Assembly (NCBI RefSeq): GCF_009914755.1
Contig: NC_060938.1
DNA from: the human T2T-CHM13v2.0 reference genome, Homo sapiens
Length of the DNA stretch: 64,000 nt
Reading direction: 5' to 3' (one strand)
Shown here: positions 1 to 20,594 of the stretch, piece by piece
Numbering within the stretch: position 1 is the first letter of the stretch
How the letters are laid out: every line of letters begins with the position of its first letter
Position numbers and translations under genes: made by a program
Notes under the pieces: model-generated
What the model saw: only the letters and a program-made list of their open reading frames with translations
What the model was told of the DNA's origin: nothing
Database searches by the model: none

Positions 1-198
1 CCTCCCAAGTAGCTGGGACTACAGGTGCCCGCCACCATGCCCAGCTAAATTTTGTGGGTTTTTTAGTAGAGACGACCAGTCAGAGGCAATGGGGTTTCAC
101 CATGTTGGCCAGGAGAGTCTCTATCTCTTGACCTCGTGATCCACCTGCCTTGGCCTCCCAAAATGCTGGGATTACAGGCATGAGCCACTGCACCCGCC
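1..198 (-). mobile_element. Alu (partial, cut by window edge) with a 16-nt foreign insertion at 75-90
   Basis: Alu consensus motifs cctcccaagtagctgggactacagg ... gtgatccacctgccttggcctccc. Confidence 0.95.
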
Positions 199-431
199 CC
201 CCGCCCCCCACTTTTTTTTTTTACATTTAAAAAGTTTATTTTTGGATAAGAGAAACCATACAAATGTAAAACATTCACACAATACAAAAGGATATACAGT
301 AAGAAGGAAGTCTTCCAGTGACTCCTGTCTCCCAGTTTCCCGACTTAGTGGCACCAAAATCAGGTTCTTGTTTATGCTTCAAACGATAATTAGTACAAAC
401 AGCAGATATATGTATGTATAACCCCCATTTA

Positions 432-788
<357 letters not shown>

Positions 789-2016
789 TTAAGAACAGAC
801 AATAATTTAACTGGAGATTTTAAAGATGTTTGATGCCTATCAAGAATTCATTTAGCAGAGGTGAGCACTGGTTTACACCTACCCTCTTTTAGCCCTAGAT
901 AATTAGTGGAATCAAGTTTGAAATCCAGATCAGCTCATAGAGGTACAAAGACTAGTTAACAATGGTTGTCCCTGGGGAGGGGACCAATTGCTGGAGAATA
1001 CCTTCCTCATACCTCCCAGAGAAGATCTGACTGAAAATGAGCTGCCTCACTCACCATAAAGCCCTCTGTTTTAAAAATGTTCAGATGTCAGCCAGATAAC
1101 TGTATCCTCTACAGCAGCTTCTTGTAAACATGTGAGGTATACGGCAGTGCCGAGTGGAGGGAACCATGGCAGACTGCAAACAAGCATGGTTTTCCTAGAC
1201 ACTCAGACTCAAACACAGTTACAGATGGTGCTGGGCCAACAGCCAATTAAGACCCCAAGATTGCAAAGAGATAATCTAAAGAACACACACTTTACATGCA
1301 AGTGGCTGTCTTTCTGGGTGGATGGGCATGGCCCCCACTGAACCCCAGATATCTTTTCCAAGCTCTGATTCTTGCAAATCATCTCATGTGGAATGGAGAG
1401 GAAGCAGTGCCTTACCAAACTGACAATGGGAGGGGAGGACCACTCACTGGCACTGAGGGCCTTATGGGGACAGAGGATTCTATCCAGGGCTGGCATCAGG
1501 AGTGTGAGACCATTTTTCCATCCAACAATGCCAGTTTCAGGGAGAGAAAAATGAGGCCTCTAGAGTGCAGGTGCAAGAGCCCGGGAGGTGTTCTTGTCCC
1601 CTAGGGAAGCTGCAGAAGGCAACCAGTCAGAGGCAATGGGTTTTCACTGAATCCTATTCCTGGACCCAGTGAAAGAGCCAGTCCTGTACAGGTTGGGGTG
1701 GGCTGGGGGTGGGTGTTGCTGAGACTTGTGGCTCCAAGGGGCTCTAGGGAGAACTGGACATTAGGAAGGCTAGAGTCAGAGTGTGTGTCTTGGTGGGGAA
1801 GTCTGAGAGATCCCAGGATGGATTCCCAAACTGAACATTCGGTGCCTCTAGAAAGGCTACAGATGGGCCTGCTGGAAGAGGGAGTGAGGGCTCTTGGGGT
1901 CTGGGACAAGATAGAAGGGTCTGGAGGATTTGCTGCAGGGTTCTGAGGCCAGGGTGACCCATGGGGAACTTGGGTCCTTGAGTTTGTTAAATTTGGGGGG
2001 TCTGGGAGTCATTGGA

Positions 2017-2337
2017 TTTTTTTTTGTTGTTGTTGTTTATTTTTTATTGTTCTTCTGAGACAGAGTGTCATTCTTGTTGCCCAGGCTGTAGGGCAATGGC
2101 ACGATCTCGGCTCACTGCAACCTCTGCCTCCGGGTTCAGGCCATTCTCCTGCCTCAGCCTCCCAAGTAGCTGGGATTACAGGCACACACCACCGCACCTG
2201 GCTAATTTTGTATTTTTAGTAGAGATGGGGTTTCACCATGTTGGCCAGGCTGGTCTTGAATTCCTGACCTCAGGTGATCCACCCACCCTGGCCTCCCAAA
2301 TAGCTGGGGTTACAAGCGGGAGCCACTGCGCCCAGCC
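2017..2337 (-). mobile_element. AluS
   Basis: Full reverse-complement Alu with T-rich tail. Confidence 0.95.
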
Positions 2338-3741
2338 TGGATTGTTAATTATGTGGTTTTCTCTGCAAAATTTCTGTAACCTTGTCAAATTACTTCTTGT
2401 TTTTGAGCATCTGTGTCATCACTTGTCACAAAAGCCGTGTCCTCTTCTGAGGCATATTATACAGCAAGACTTTAGAATAATCTACGAAGCTGAGGCATCC
2501 AGAGAGTAGGACTGTAGACATAGTGTCTTTGTTAATACGATCACAAAATATTTAAATGTCTCATAACTAGATGAAAACTACGTACATTCATAGACACTCC
2601 CTAACTCCAAAAGATAACAAGATGCGTTGATAGACACCCCCCTTAACTCCAAATTCCACAATATACTCCTAAAACTGACAAATATTTCTGCCTGAGGGTT
2701 AGTATCAAAGTTGCATTTTAAATGTGTAAATCACACCTGTTGACTCCTCAGGGCTGTACAGAGCCTTCAGGTGCTGGGCGCAAGGTCTTGAGCCTGAACA
2801 AGTGTGTGCAGGCCCTCCTTTCTTCTCTTCTTTGTACCTCCTCCATTCTCAACCCTTCCCAGCAACACAGAGATCAAAGCTGCCCCCTACACCATACAAA
2901 GCTATTGCTGGAAAAGCCACATAAACGCTGCAGCTCTTTGCTGACTAGGGCTGGGAGTGGTGCCAGGCCAGAGATTTTAGAAGGGAAACCTTCCAAATGG
3001 GGGATTAAGCCTCTGGAGCAGATGTTGCCTGTGGATCGAGAGCATTCAGAGAGCTAGGCAGGCAGCAGGCAAGGACTGGGATTTGGATAGCTCAAAAAAA
3101 ACCATTGAACAAAGACCCACAGACACTGCACCAATGGAGAGACCTAGGAAGGGTCAGCTGTCATCAGGGGTCCCTGGGGAGCCCCCGTCAGCCCCCCCAA
3201 GAGACTAGAATCACAGTGAGTCATTTCCAAAGTGAAAGAAAGGCACAGAAGAAGTTTTAATGTGAACACCTCCCTGACACCTCACCCACGGAGGACTTAG
3301 CGGATATTCCTGCCTCTTCCAGCTTCACACTCAGCCTCCCTGTTTTAAAAATGGGAACAACTTCATGTCTGTAGTTTGCAAAGGAGTCAGGATTTGAGAA
3401 ATGGTAGAAATAATGTAGGCACTGTATCCATTAACCACGTTTTTGCACACAAAGCCCAGCCACTCAGACAGAGCTGATCTTACTGCCTTTTGGAATAGGT
3501 GATTTGAGGGACGAGAGAGGTATGCCAATTAGAAGCCACTTTCCCTGGGCCTGCCTGAAATTCTGCCATTTCAGTTTGAAGCACTGGGCAGTTGAGTCTG
3601 GGCAAAGGGGGCAAAAAGGAGAAGCCAGGGGACCTTAACAAACATGATGAAAGATACACTTGGCTGACTACAGCGATCTGCTTAAGAGTAGCTTTAGGGA
3701 AAAGACACGTTATCACACAGTACAGAGAAAAGAGCACTGGA

Positions 3742-4510
<769 letters not shown>

Positions 4511-5932
4511 TAACTGAGACCTCGAGCACACATGTAATTTATTAGAAGCGGCCCAAGAGTCATCACTGACAATGCGTGTCTTGGGCTGGGATGTTCCATT
4601 AGCTGAGCAAATTCTCTTTGCTGTCATTGTTCATCTCAGCTCAAGACCTGGGCTTGTTCTTGGGCGGTGACTTCAGAAGCTGAGACGACATTCCCTGAAA
4701 GCTGTTGAGAGGCTGGAGGCTTGGATTTCACTGAAGCCTTAAAAGATACTTGCATTTTGAGGCCCGTTCCCCTTTGTCATGTTTTTCTCATTTATTCTTG
4801 GCTGATGAGAGAAGGGTTTTCATCTCTCTAGTTCCTCTGAAATTAACTTTTCTCTGAAAGTATTTCTTACCACCAAAGAAGATCTGAGCCTGCCCCCAGG
4901 CATGACATTCTGCAAAGGTGAGTAGGGCAGGCACTCTAGAAGGGTTGGAAGAGAAGCACGAAGAAGGAAAAAGTTGAAGTTGAAGGGAAGTCAGGAAAAG
5001 GAATAGATGTGATAGCGGCACAGAGAGAAAATGCAGGGAGTTAGAGGTGATAGGTAGAAGGCCTTGTAGCTGGTGGGTTGCTCCCTGAATTACTGTGAGA
5101 AGCAGCAGTCCTTATGAACAGGCTTTTGGCCACAACCGAGGACTCCTGTGCCCTCTGGGATGCCAAGCAGCCAGCTCCCCCATGGAGTTGTGCAGAAGGT
5201 GCCTCTGTGTAGATTCTAAAATTGTCCTGAGTCTTCTGGCTCCCCTTTCTATCTGCCCTCCCGCTGCCTCTGGGAGGCCAATGCATTCGCATGGTAACTG
5301 GTCTCATAAAGCTTCTCACTAAGCACTGCTCTCACTAAGTATTTTATGGATGTGACAACATTGGAATACTGATAAATTACCCCCGAAATTCTGATAAATT
5401 ATTTCAAAATATAAATTTCAATGCATTTAGAGGGGATGATTCTCATGGAACAATTTTTCCAAAGAAATTTAATTCTTCATACAAATCAGCATTGCCACAT
5501 GCATTCTGCATTGAGATGCATCAGCAGTCTCATGCATTGCCCATCACTACGAAGTGCAGAGCCAGCTTGGGCATGCGACCTGTGCAGTTGTACCAGAAGG
5601 ACTCTGTCTTGGTTTAATCCTCTGCTGTCTCTATCTTGAAATTCTTAATAATTTTATCTCTGAATTTGGGTTTTATAAGTGAAATCCAGTGGGTCTATGC
5701 AGGCTGGATGTGAGCAGTGGAGATTAGACACCTGGTGACAGCACACACAGGGCAGGGCAAGCACCAGAAACATGGAACAAAGAGCCTGATGGCCCGGCAA
5801 GCACATGCATGCCTGAAACAGTCTGGAGCACCTCTGGGCCCCAAGGTGGCCAGAACCTGAGCCCAGACTGGTGGCAGCAACAGTGACAGCATCAGCAACC
5901 ACAGGAAAGAGAAGGGGCTACATGAGATATCA

Positions 5933-6307
<375 letters not shown>

Positions 6308-6539
6308 AAATAACTCTTGGGTCTAAGCTCCAGGACAGGAATTGTTGGATCTCAGGCAGTAAACTTTGTCTGTAAATGATTAGAAAATAAAAGCATATAT
6401 ATGGACGTCGTAATAAAGCATATCAGGGAATTATTAGAATTCCTTTAAAATTTTTGAATTTTCAGTTTTGAAAAGTGCTGCAAAATTGCAAGCAAATATT
6501 CATAGACTTACAGAGAGAAATTAAAGGTCATTGTACTCA

Positions 6540-7443
<904 letters not shown>

Positions 7444-7579
7444 TAATTTTAATTTTTAAAATAAAAAATAGTAATTAAAGTAAATTAATTCAGACCTGCA
7501 TGAAGCTGATTTGTATGAATTAAATTTGTTTGGAAAAATTGTTCCATGAGAATCATCATCTCTAGATGTAATAAAATTT

Positions 7580-7735
7580 GGCGGGGCGTGGTGGCTCATG
7601 CCTGTAATCCCAGCACTTTGGGAGGCCGAGGCCGGTGAATCACCTGAGGTCAGGTGTTTAAGACCAGCCTAGCCAACATAGTAAAACCCTGTCTCTACCA
7701 AAAATACAAAAATTAGCTGGGCTAAAAAAAAAATT
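7580..7735 (+). mobile_element. Alu left arm only
   Basis: Left monomer to linker aaaaattagctggg, then A run. Confidence 0.85.
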
Positions 7736-7767
7736 AAATAAAAAATTAAATAATCAGAAATTATTTG

Positions 7768-8320
<553 letters not shown>

Positions 8321-8487
8321 TAACATTGCTTTCAATGTTAGTTATACTGATTGAAAATAAAGTTGCTAAAATTGTAAATTTTGATAACCTGATAAATAAA
8401 CTTGCAGAAAAGTTAGCCCGGAAAATCTGGTCAAGATACTATAATATTAATAAAGTATTATGATTTATTGCATTACATGACATATGA

Positions 8488-8976
<489 letters not shown>

Positions 8977-9069
8977 TTACAAATTATATGGTCAGCCCTG
9001 TCCCAGTGTCTTGGAGTCTCTCTAGATTGCAGAAAAGCCCATAGGCATTTTTTTTTAAAAAGAGTTCCA

Positions 9070-9354
<285 letters not shown>

Positions 9355-9364
9355 GTTCCTCTAA

Positions 9365-9897
<533 letters not shown>

Positions 9898-9900
9898 CTC

Positions 9901-10052
9901 CAGCGACTGTGTAAGTGTGGTCTTTGGACAAACAGCACAGCATCCCTGGTAGGTTGTTTGAAATGAAGACTTTCAGGCTCCACTTCAGAGCTACCGTGTT
10001 TTAACAAGGTCCCTGGGTGATTCATGTGCACATAAAAGTTTGAGAAGCACTG
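9901..10052 (+). mobile_element. MER5A
   Basis: ttttaacaaggtccctgggtgattc ... aaagtttgagaagcactg terminus. Confidence 0.75.
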
Positions 10053-10624
10053 AGCTAGGGGATGCACATCCCTAATGATATGTTTCAGAAGTGAGGGGAG
10101 CCCTTTCCTGCCCCTTCACTCTTACCACGTTAAGTCAGCCCTGCAGAGACCTAAGGACCAGGCTGTTCCTGCTACTTCCCTCACTCTCTGGCTCATCTCT
10201 TAGGGCTGTCCCAGGTGCAAGGAGACTGTGAGTATTGTCCCACAGCACCTCAGCCCTGGAACTCACTTTTATTTTGAATTTGTACCTCTGCCAAGCAGTG
10301 TGCAGAGCAGGAGAGCAGGCTGGTGTTAGACCTGGGAACTTTAAAGCTCGGGCCTGTCTCTTAGCTTACCCCTGGCCTCCTGCTGCAGTGGGCCTAAGGA
10401 CTCTGCCAAGTGTCTCCATGAATGAGGGAATGGCCCTTGGGCATGCCACTGCTCTTGTAGCATAGACCTTTGAATATGCTACTCCTTCCACCCAGAAAGC
10501 CCTTTCCCACTTTATCTGCCTTGCACTGAGTCTTTGGAACTCTTCTGCCCCTTCTGGAAGCTTTTAGTTGTCCTGAGTTCCCGTAGCTATCAGGAGACAG
10601 ACCTGTGAGATGGCCTGAAGCCCC

Positions 10625-11237
<613 letters not shown>

Positions 11238-11842
11238 CTATGTAAACACTATCACACTGTGTTATTACTTGTGGACACGTTTATCTCCCTACTCAGAAAC
11301 TTGAGGGCAGGAGCTGGACAAAGCAATCCTCAGCACAGACTGCTTTGTGAGCGAATGAATGAATGAATCAATGAATAGCACTGCTACTTGGTGTAAGTAC
11401 TGTTCATCCAGTAGGTTTAAAGCCATGGTTCTTTATGGGCAGTGTCAACCCTAGAGGCTGTTTGGACATCTGTGGGAGTGTTTTTGGTTGTTATGACGAT
11501 GAAGGCACCATTGGCATTTAGTGGGTAGGGCCCAGGATGATACAAATAATATCAAGCACTTATTTTGTGCTCGTGTGTGCCAACTGCTGTTTTGAGCACT
11601 TCATTGAAGTGAATTCATTTCATTTTCACAACAGCCTTATGAAGCAGGTACTGCTGTCACTCCCATTTCACAGACAAGGGGGCATAGTCAGTCTGCAATA
11701 GATAGCCCTACACAGCATAGAACCATCCTGTGTGCCTATACAAAGTCATAGACTCTTGTATGCCTTCCACTAGATGTTTCTATAGGGAAAACAAATAAAT
11801 AAACAAACAAAAAACCCTGTTATAATGATCAGAATACAACTA

Positions 11843-12191
<349 letters not shown>

Positions 12192-12369
12192 TCAGCATTT
12201 TACCAAGAGCTGAACATATCAGAACATAATAGCGACATTGTTGAAGGCATTTGCATCACTAAAATCACACACCTACATCTGTCTGCATTTGTAATTGCTA
12301 TGAATTGACTCTAGGTGCAAGCGGCCTTTTCTTTTTTATATTACAGTTAGGGCATTGTATTGATTGATT

Positions 12370-13140
<771 letters not shown>

Positions 13141-13531
13141 TTTTTTGCAATTATGTGTGTAGGCAGATTATGCTATGATTTTCATTTCATGGTAGTGGAA
13201 TGGGGGATGTCATAAAATACTATCCAAAGGGGGCATAGGTTCTAAGGGGATGGTTGAGACCCTCCTGTTGGAAGCAGATGCTTCTGTCCATCGTCCATTT
13301 GTCCCACAAGGATTGTCCCAGCTGTCCTGTGCTCTGTGCTGGGAAATGCCATGATGGTACTCTGTGGAGGGAGACTCTGGTTGAGCGTCTTGACCTAAGG
13401 TTGGAGGGCAGAGGCTGCATTCTTAATCCCACCACTAGAGGCCGGGCATTCACAAGGGACTGAGGACCAGCAGCCCCCTTCTTCCAGGCAGGCTTCCTCT
13501 CAGGTTCCTGTCCCTCCATCTCCCTTGGTAA

Positions 13532-13948
<417 letters not shown>

Positions 13949-14159
13949 TCACCTGGCCTCAGAACTCACCTTCCCTGTAAAATGGAGACTATGGGGTCTG
14001 GCTGCCTCCTAGAGATACTCCACATGTGCCCTGCACCCACTAACCCTGCTGGCTCTGCTGGTGAGCTCAGCTAGCCCTGGGTTCACCTCCTCCACTACTG
14101 CTACAGACCCTGGTGCTGGAAGCTTTCAGTTTTCCAGATGTAAATGTTTCACATTTCAA

Positions 14160-14912
<753 letters not shown>

Positions 14913-15009
14913 CAGGTAACCTGCTCTGGTCCCCCTTTAAAAATCACATTTGGTTTTTACAGTGCAAATTACAGCTGTATTCCCTAAGAAGCAGGACATG
15001 CTACTAGTA

Positions 15010-15175
15010 ACTGTGGCCTTGGCCTCATCTTTAAACTTTATGTACCTCAGTTTCCTCATATGCAAAATGAAGATAATAGTATTAATACCTATTTCAGAGG
15101 CTATTGCAAGGATTAAATAAAATCATGTATGTGGAGCCACTAGCAAAGTATCTGGCAGACAGTACATATTTAATG
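15010..15175 (+). mobile_element. MIR
   Basis: cctcagtttcctcatatgcaaaatgaagataatagta core. Confidence 0.8.
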
Positions 15176-15564
15176 TATTGGAGCTTTTTTCAGGGGGTTC
15201 ATTGACATGCCTGGGGGCAAAGCTGCACCTTGGGGTCCATCATCAGCACCTTCAAAATACCCTGATTTTGGAGGTATCAAAATACCCTGATTTTGAAGGT
15301 CCCTGGCCAGCCAAAAGAGGGACTGACCCTACTGATCCAGCCAACAAGTCCTGGAGCCAAGAACCTTCTGAGGTGTTGTGTCTGCCAGAGCTTCACAGCC
15401 CTATCCCTGCCTCCCCAGACAGTCTGAAGGAGGGAGCAACTCCATTCCTCTATGCACTGGCAGCTCAGAGCTAGCAAGGCCAATCATATAGCTCTGTCTT
15501 CTCACCATTAAATCACATGAAAATGAACCATCAGGGAGGGAATACAGTGTCCAATGACCAGGAG

Positions 15565-15580
15565 CTGTGTGTGTGTGTAG

Positions 15581-15622
<42 letters not shown>

Positions 15623-15626
15623 ATGT
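15565..15626. repeat. (TG)n microsatellite, imperfect
   Basis: Read directly from sequence. Confidence 0.95.
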
Positions 15627-17071
15627 GGGAGGGGTTTGTGGGCTGGCTCTGTCTAGAAAGGCCTCAGGCCCTAGGCTATCCCCAGTCCCTTCCTTCCTCC
15701 CTGCAGATTGTCTCCTAGAGTCACTGCCCAGCCCTTGGGCAAAGGGCAAGCAGCAGGTCATCAGGCTGGTTGGCACCAGGGGTGGGGGGGATCTGATATT
15801 CATTCATCTTCCACTGGGATACCATCTGGAGACATAGCAGGTGGATGCTCCCTTTCTACCTTGGCTTTTCCTTGTGTGAAAAATGGGGCCAACACTTTTA
15901 CCAGTTAACCTGACCTGTATTAGGGAAAGAATGTTGTCAAAGACATGCTTCAGAAAAGCAGGTGGGGCTGGGTTGCCCTCTTATATGTATCTGCTAATTG
16001 GGCAGCCTCAAGTGCACATTTTCTAAGGCTAGGGTCAGAGTTGGGGTGGATAGGGAATCATAGCTGCTGCTGTGAATAGCCCAGATCTAAGCCCTGAACT
16101 CTGACCTCTACAAAGCTCCCTCCGACCAGTGGCCTGCAGGGATTGCGTCACCAAGCCTGGCTCTCACAGGCTCCTGACAAGCTGCAAGAAGGGTTGCCCC
16201 TGGTGATGGTGCAGGCTCACAAATTCAGATAACCTCCTGAGCCTAGATCTTCCTCCTCTGGAGTGGGAGTTGCTTCTCAGCTCCTGTTGGCCTAGCCCTG
16301 TACAGCCCACCCATTTTGGACTCTGACATTCTGCGGTGAGGGTGGCCTCACCTTCCACCTCCTCTGGGGTCAAATGGGTTTACCTTCACAGGGCTTTGAA
16401 AGCTGCCCAAGGAATCTTGAATCAAAACATGAAACTCATGCTAATTTCTATATGAGATCAGACAAGCTAGCAACCTTTCGGTGCCTCAACTTCCTTATAG
16501 GTAAAATTGGGGACAATAATGTCTCTTCGTTTTATGGGGATGTTGTAAAAAACTAGCTGGTATGCAAAAAAGCACTTTTTTAAAAAGCAAGAGATATATG
16601 AGGACAATTTCAATCTTTATTTGCTATTTTTATTAGGGGTGGGAGGAAGCACATGGTTTATTTGGGAAAGTGTGACCTTTGGAACAGACAAACAAGAATG
16701 AATTCTGCTTTTGCAACATACATACTTATGTGGTTTTGATATGTCAAAAAAAAAAATCTCTCTAAGCCTTGCTTGTAAAATGGTGTTAATGATAATTAAC
16801 TTGGAGGACTGTTGCCAAAATTAGAGGTTACACGTATCAAGTCCCTACCAAGCACCTGACATACAGTAGGTGCTTTGTAAATAGTAGCTGTCATTACTAC
16901 TATTGTATGTAATAACCATAGCAACTGAGATTCCATGTACTTATTCTGAACCTTTTCTCTCACTTTCAGAGAGCCAAACTCCTCTGTCCTGCCCTGCAAG
17001 CAGTAAAGGCACACACTCCTTGTTATATTCCTGGGAGATGAAAGGAATACTGTGCCTCCTGACTCTTATCA

Positions 17072-17186
17072 TAGGAGTGACTACCTCATCCTGATTGGCC
17101 CAGGACTGTCCTAATTTTGGCACTGGAAGTCCCATGTGCCAGGAATCCCCTTAGTCCCAGGCAAACTGGGATGGCTGGCTATTCTA
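17072..17186. mobile_element. MER81-like hAT-Blackjack MITE
   Basis: ggactgtcctaattttggcactggaagtccc...agtcccaggcaaactgggatgg internal palindromic structure. Confidence 0.65.
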
Positions 17187-17274
17187 CTCACCACCAACTG
17201 GGACTAATCTAACCCCCATGCCATATTCCAGCACCTAGATTTAGAGCAGAATATTAAGATTTGTGCTGGAAATT

Positions 17275-17609
<335 letters not shown>

Positions 17610-17709
17610 TTAGCTCAAAGAGCCATCTTAAGTCCTTTTAGAATAAGGCAGGGTCTGAATTGAAAAGTGAAAATAAAAAATTAGCTCTGGTTTAAAATTG
17701 ATTGTTAGG

Positions 17710-18420
17710 TGGAAGAAACAAAAAATCAATTATAAAGGCCACATATTTGTATGATTCTATTTATAGAGAGTGCTCAGAATAGGCAAATCTATAGAGACAG
17801 AAAGTAGATTGTTGGTTGCCTAGGGAGGGAGGCAGGGAAGGTGGTAGGGAGGGAGGAAATGGTAGTGACTGCTGATGGGTATGGGAGTTTTTTTTAGGGT
17901 CATGAAAATGTTCTAAAATATTGTACGACTCTGTAAATATACTAAAAACCATTGAATTGTTCACTCTAAATGTACAATTGTACATGTGCAAATTTGTACA
18001 ATTTGTAAAGTTATACAAAATAAATACAAATTTAAACTGTGAATTGCTGGTATGTGAATATCTCAATAAAGCTGTTAATTAATTAATTAATTTATTTAAG
18101 ACACAGTCTCACTCTGTCGCCCAGGCTGGAGTGCAGTGGCGCAATCTCAGCTCATTGCAGCCTCTGCCTCCCAGGTTCAAGCAATTCTTGTGACTAGCCT
18201 CCCACATAGCTGGGATTACAGGCGTGCACCACCACGCCAGGCTAATTTTTATATTTTTAGTAGAGACGAGGTTTTGCCATGTTGGCCAGGCTGGTCTTGA
18301 ACTTCTGGCCTCAAATGATCAGCCTGCCTCAGCTTCCCAAAATGCTGGGGTTACAGGTGTGAGAAAGCTGTTAAATTAAAAAAAAATCTTAAAAATTTTA
18401 AAGAATTTTATTTAAAAAAA
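17710..18420 (+). mobile_element. L1MB-like 3' end with an Alu (-, 18079-18363) inserted in its tail
   Basis: cagaataggcaaatctatagagacagaaagtagatt...ggttgcctaggg; ctcaataaagctgtt; TSD aaagctgttaa. Confidence 0.85.
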
Positions 18421-18708
18421 TCTATGATCCCTCCCACTTGAGAATGTCTAAGTCTAAATTATTCTTAACCTTCATCTTGTGAGATCTTTTCAATGGCAGA
18501 AAGATAATATTCACCCCAGGCCAGGAAGTACCATTCCATTTTGCGGGTGAGAAGAGCAAGGCCTATACGTAGAATGTAACAGGGGCTTTTCGTCAGCTGT
18601 ACTGAAGAGGCCAGTGGAACTTCAGATAGGAGGGGATGAGAAGACAGGAAAGGCTGGTGAGCTGACATTTATAAAGGGAGGAGACTTGACCCTGATTCTG
18701 GCAATTCA

Positions 18709-18909
<201 letters not shown>

Positions 18910-18913
18910 TTAA

Positions 18914-18962
18914 TACTTTTCTGTGGCACTTTGGGGCTCAACCAAAGTGCCACAGAAAAGTA
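18914..18962. repeat. Perfect inverted repeat, 21-bp arms with 7-nt loop
   Basis: tacttttctgtggcactttgg-ggctcaa-ccaaagtgccacagaaaagta. Confidence 0.97.
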
Positions 18963-19210
18963 GAAGCAGCAGCCTTGGGAAGATTCTGAAGGGTAAGTAG
19001 AGAAGGCCTTCAAGATTGAGGAAACAGCATGGGCACCTGGTTTGTGACAGGAATGGCTTGTTAGAGACCAGCAGGTGGTATGGGGAGGCTGGAGTGGGGT
19101 GTGTGGAGGGATGGAGAGCATTTGGGCCGGACTGTGGACAGCACAGGATACTACAGTCCTTGCTGATGAGTTTGAGTTCATTCTGTGGACCCTGAAGGCC
19201 TGGGAGAGGA

Positions 19211-19500
19211 TTTTTTTTTTTTGAGACAGTCTCACTCTGTCACCCAGGCTGGAATGCAATGGCACGATCTCGGCTCACTGCAACCTCTGCTTCCTGAGTT
19301 CAAGCAATTCTCCTGCCTCAGGCTCCTGAATAGCTAGGATTACAGGCCTGTGCCACCACGCCTGGCTAATTTTTGTATTTTTAGTAGAGAAGGGGTTTCG
19401 CCATGTTGTCCAGGCTGGTCTCAAACTCCTGACTTCGTGATCTGCCTGCCTTAGCCTCCCAAAGTGCTGGGATTACAGGCGTGAGCTACCGCGCCCGACT
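19211..19500 (-). mobile_element. AluS
   Basis: Full reverse Alu, TSD gaggattttt. Confidence 0.95.
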
Positions 19501-19672
19501 GAGGATTTTTGGGTAGTGATGGACAGATCTGCATAGGGTCTCACAAGGGATTTTATAAGGTGGCAGTTCTTGTATGAAGTTACTGAGCCTCTTAATGGCC
19601 AAACTGACTTCAGTGCACAGCCAGGGGCTCAGTTACTTTGGCAGTTGATCTGACCTGAACCATCCATGCCTG

Positions 19673-19774
19673 CTTTCTTCCCTTTCCTTTCTTTCTTTTT
19701 CTCCTTCCTCCATTCATCTTCTCCAATTCTTCCTCCATCCCTTTCCCTTGCTTCCTTCCCCCTTGTCCCCTCCC
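19673..19774. repeat. CT-rich low-complexity tract
   Basis: Near-pure pyrimidine run on + strand. Confidence 0.85.
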
Positions 19775-20594
19775 TGAGCCTTGGGTCTGCCTGGCATGTT
19801 CCTGCTGCCCACACTGATTTGGTTGTGCTCTGAGGCAGACCCAGGTAGTTCTGAATTGTGCTTTTCAATCTTCTAGTGGTCTGGGCAGTGTGGCCCCAAA
19901 TGAGCAGGAAGGGAGGGGTGCCCATCTTCTCTAATGAGTCTGGACCCAAGAAGGCAAGGAAGAAAGAAGGCAGAACAAGGATAGACTTATGAAAAAGGCA
20001 TTATAGCAACGAGCCACAGGTTGCTGTGGGGCCCAGAAGGGAAGGGTTCTTTTGGGGATGGGTCTGTGTGCATGGGGAGGAGCATCCTGTTTATTTGGTT
20101 CAAGCTACTTCACAAGGACATGCCCTGTTAATTCACAGTGCTTTTCCCGAAAGCCTACTAGAACTAGGCCTGGTGAGAGGCCCTGAGAAGGTGTATCCTT
20201 TTGTCCAAGAGCATCTGGGAGAAGAGGCCTGCCTGACCCAAGCTGCAGCAAAGACACAAGTCTGTAGGTCCAGATGTGGACTCTACCACTGATTTACAAG
20301 TAGGAGTTCCTTAACACTTATGGAGGACCTCTGAGACCGACACGGTGCAAGGCCCTGGGGTACAAAGATAAAAAGCCAGAGTCCTCCCCATCAAGGCGCC
20401 ACGGGCCCTGTAAACACATAAACCGAGGACACACTGCATGAGAGATCACCAATAAACGATGTAGCCATACAGTGCACAAACTGCTCACTCAGTATGTGCT
20501 AGAAAATAGCCCCAGAAGGCAAGGCTCAAGAGGGGAAATACAGTTAGGAATGTGGCAGGCTTCTAGCCCGGGCTCTGCCAGTCCTGGCTCTGAA

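Noticed and set aside
5795-5814. p53-like CGGCAAGCAC ATGCATGCCT
   Set aside because: Three mismatches, inside a transposon fossil, and 15 kb upstream; weaker than the intronic candidates.
20116-20125. Perfect p53 half-site GGACATGCCC upstream of the promoter (similar lone half-sites near 23560, 54885 and 63471)
   Set aside because: No correctly spaced partner half-site.
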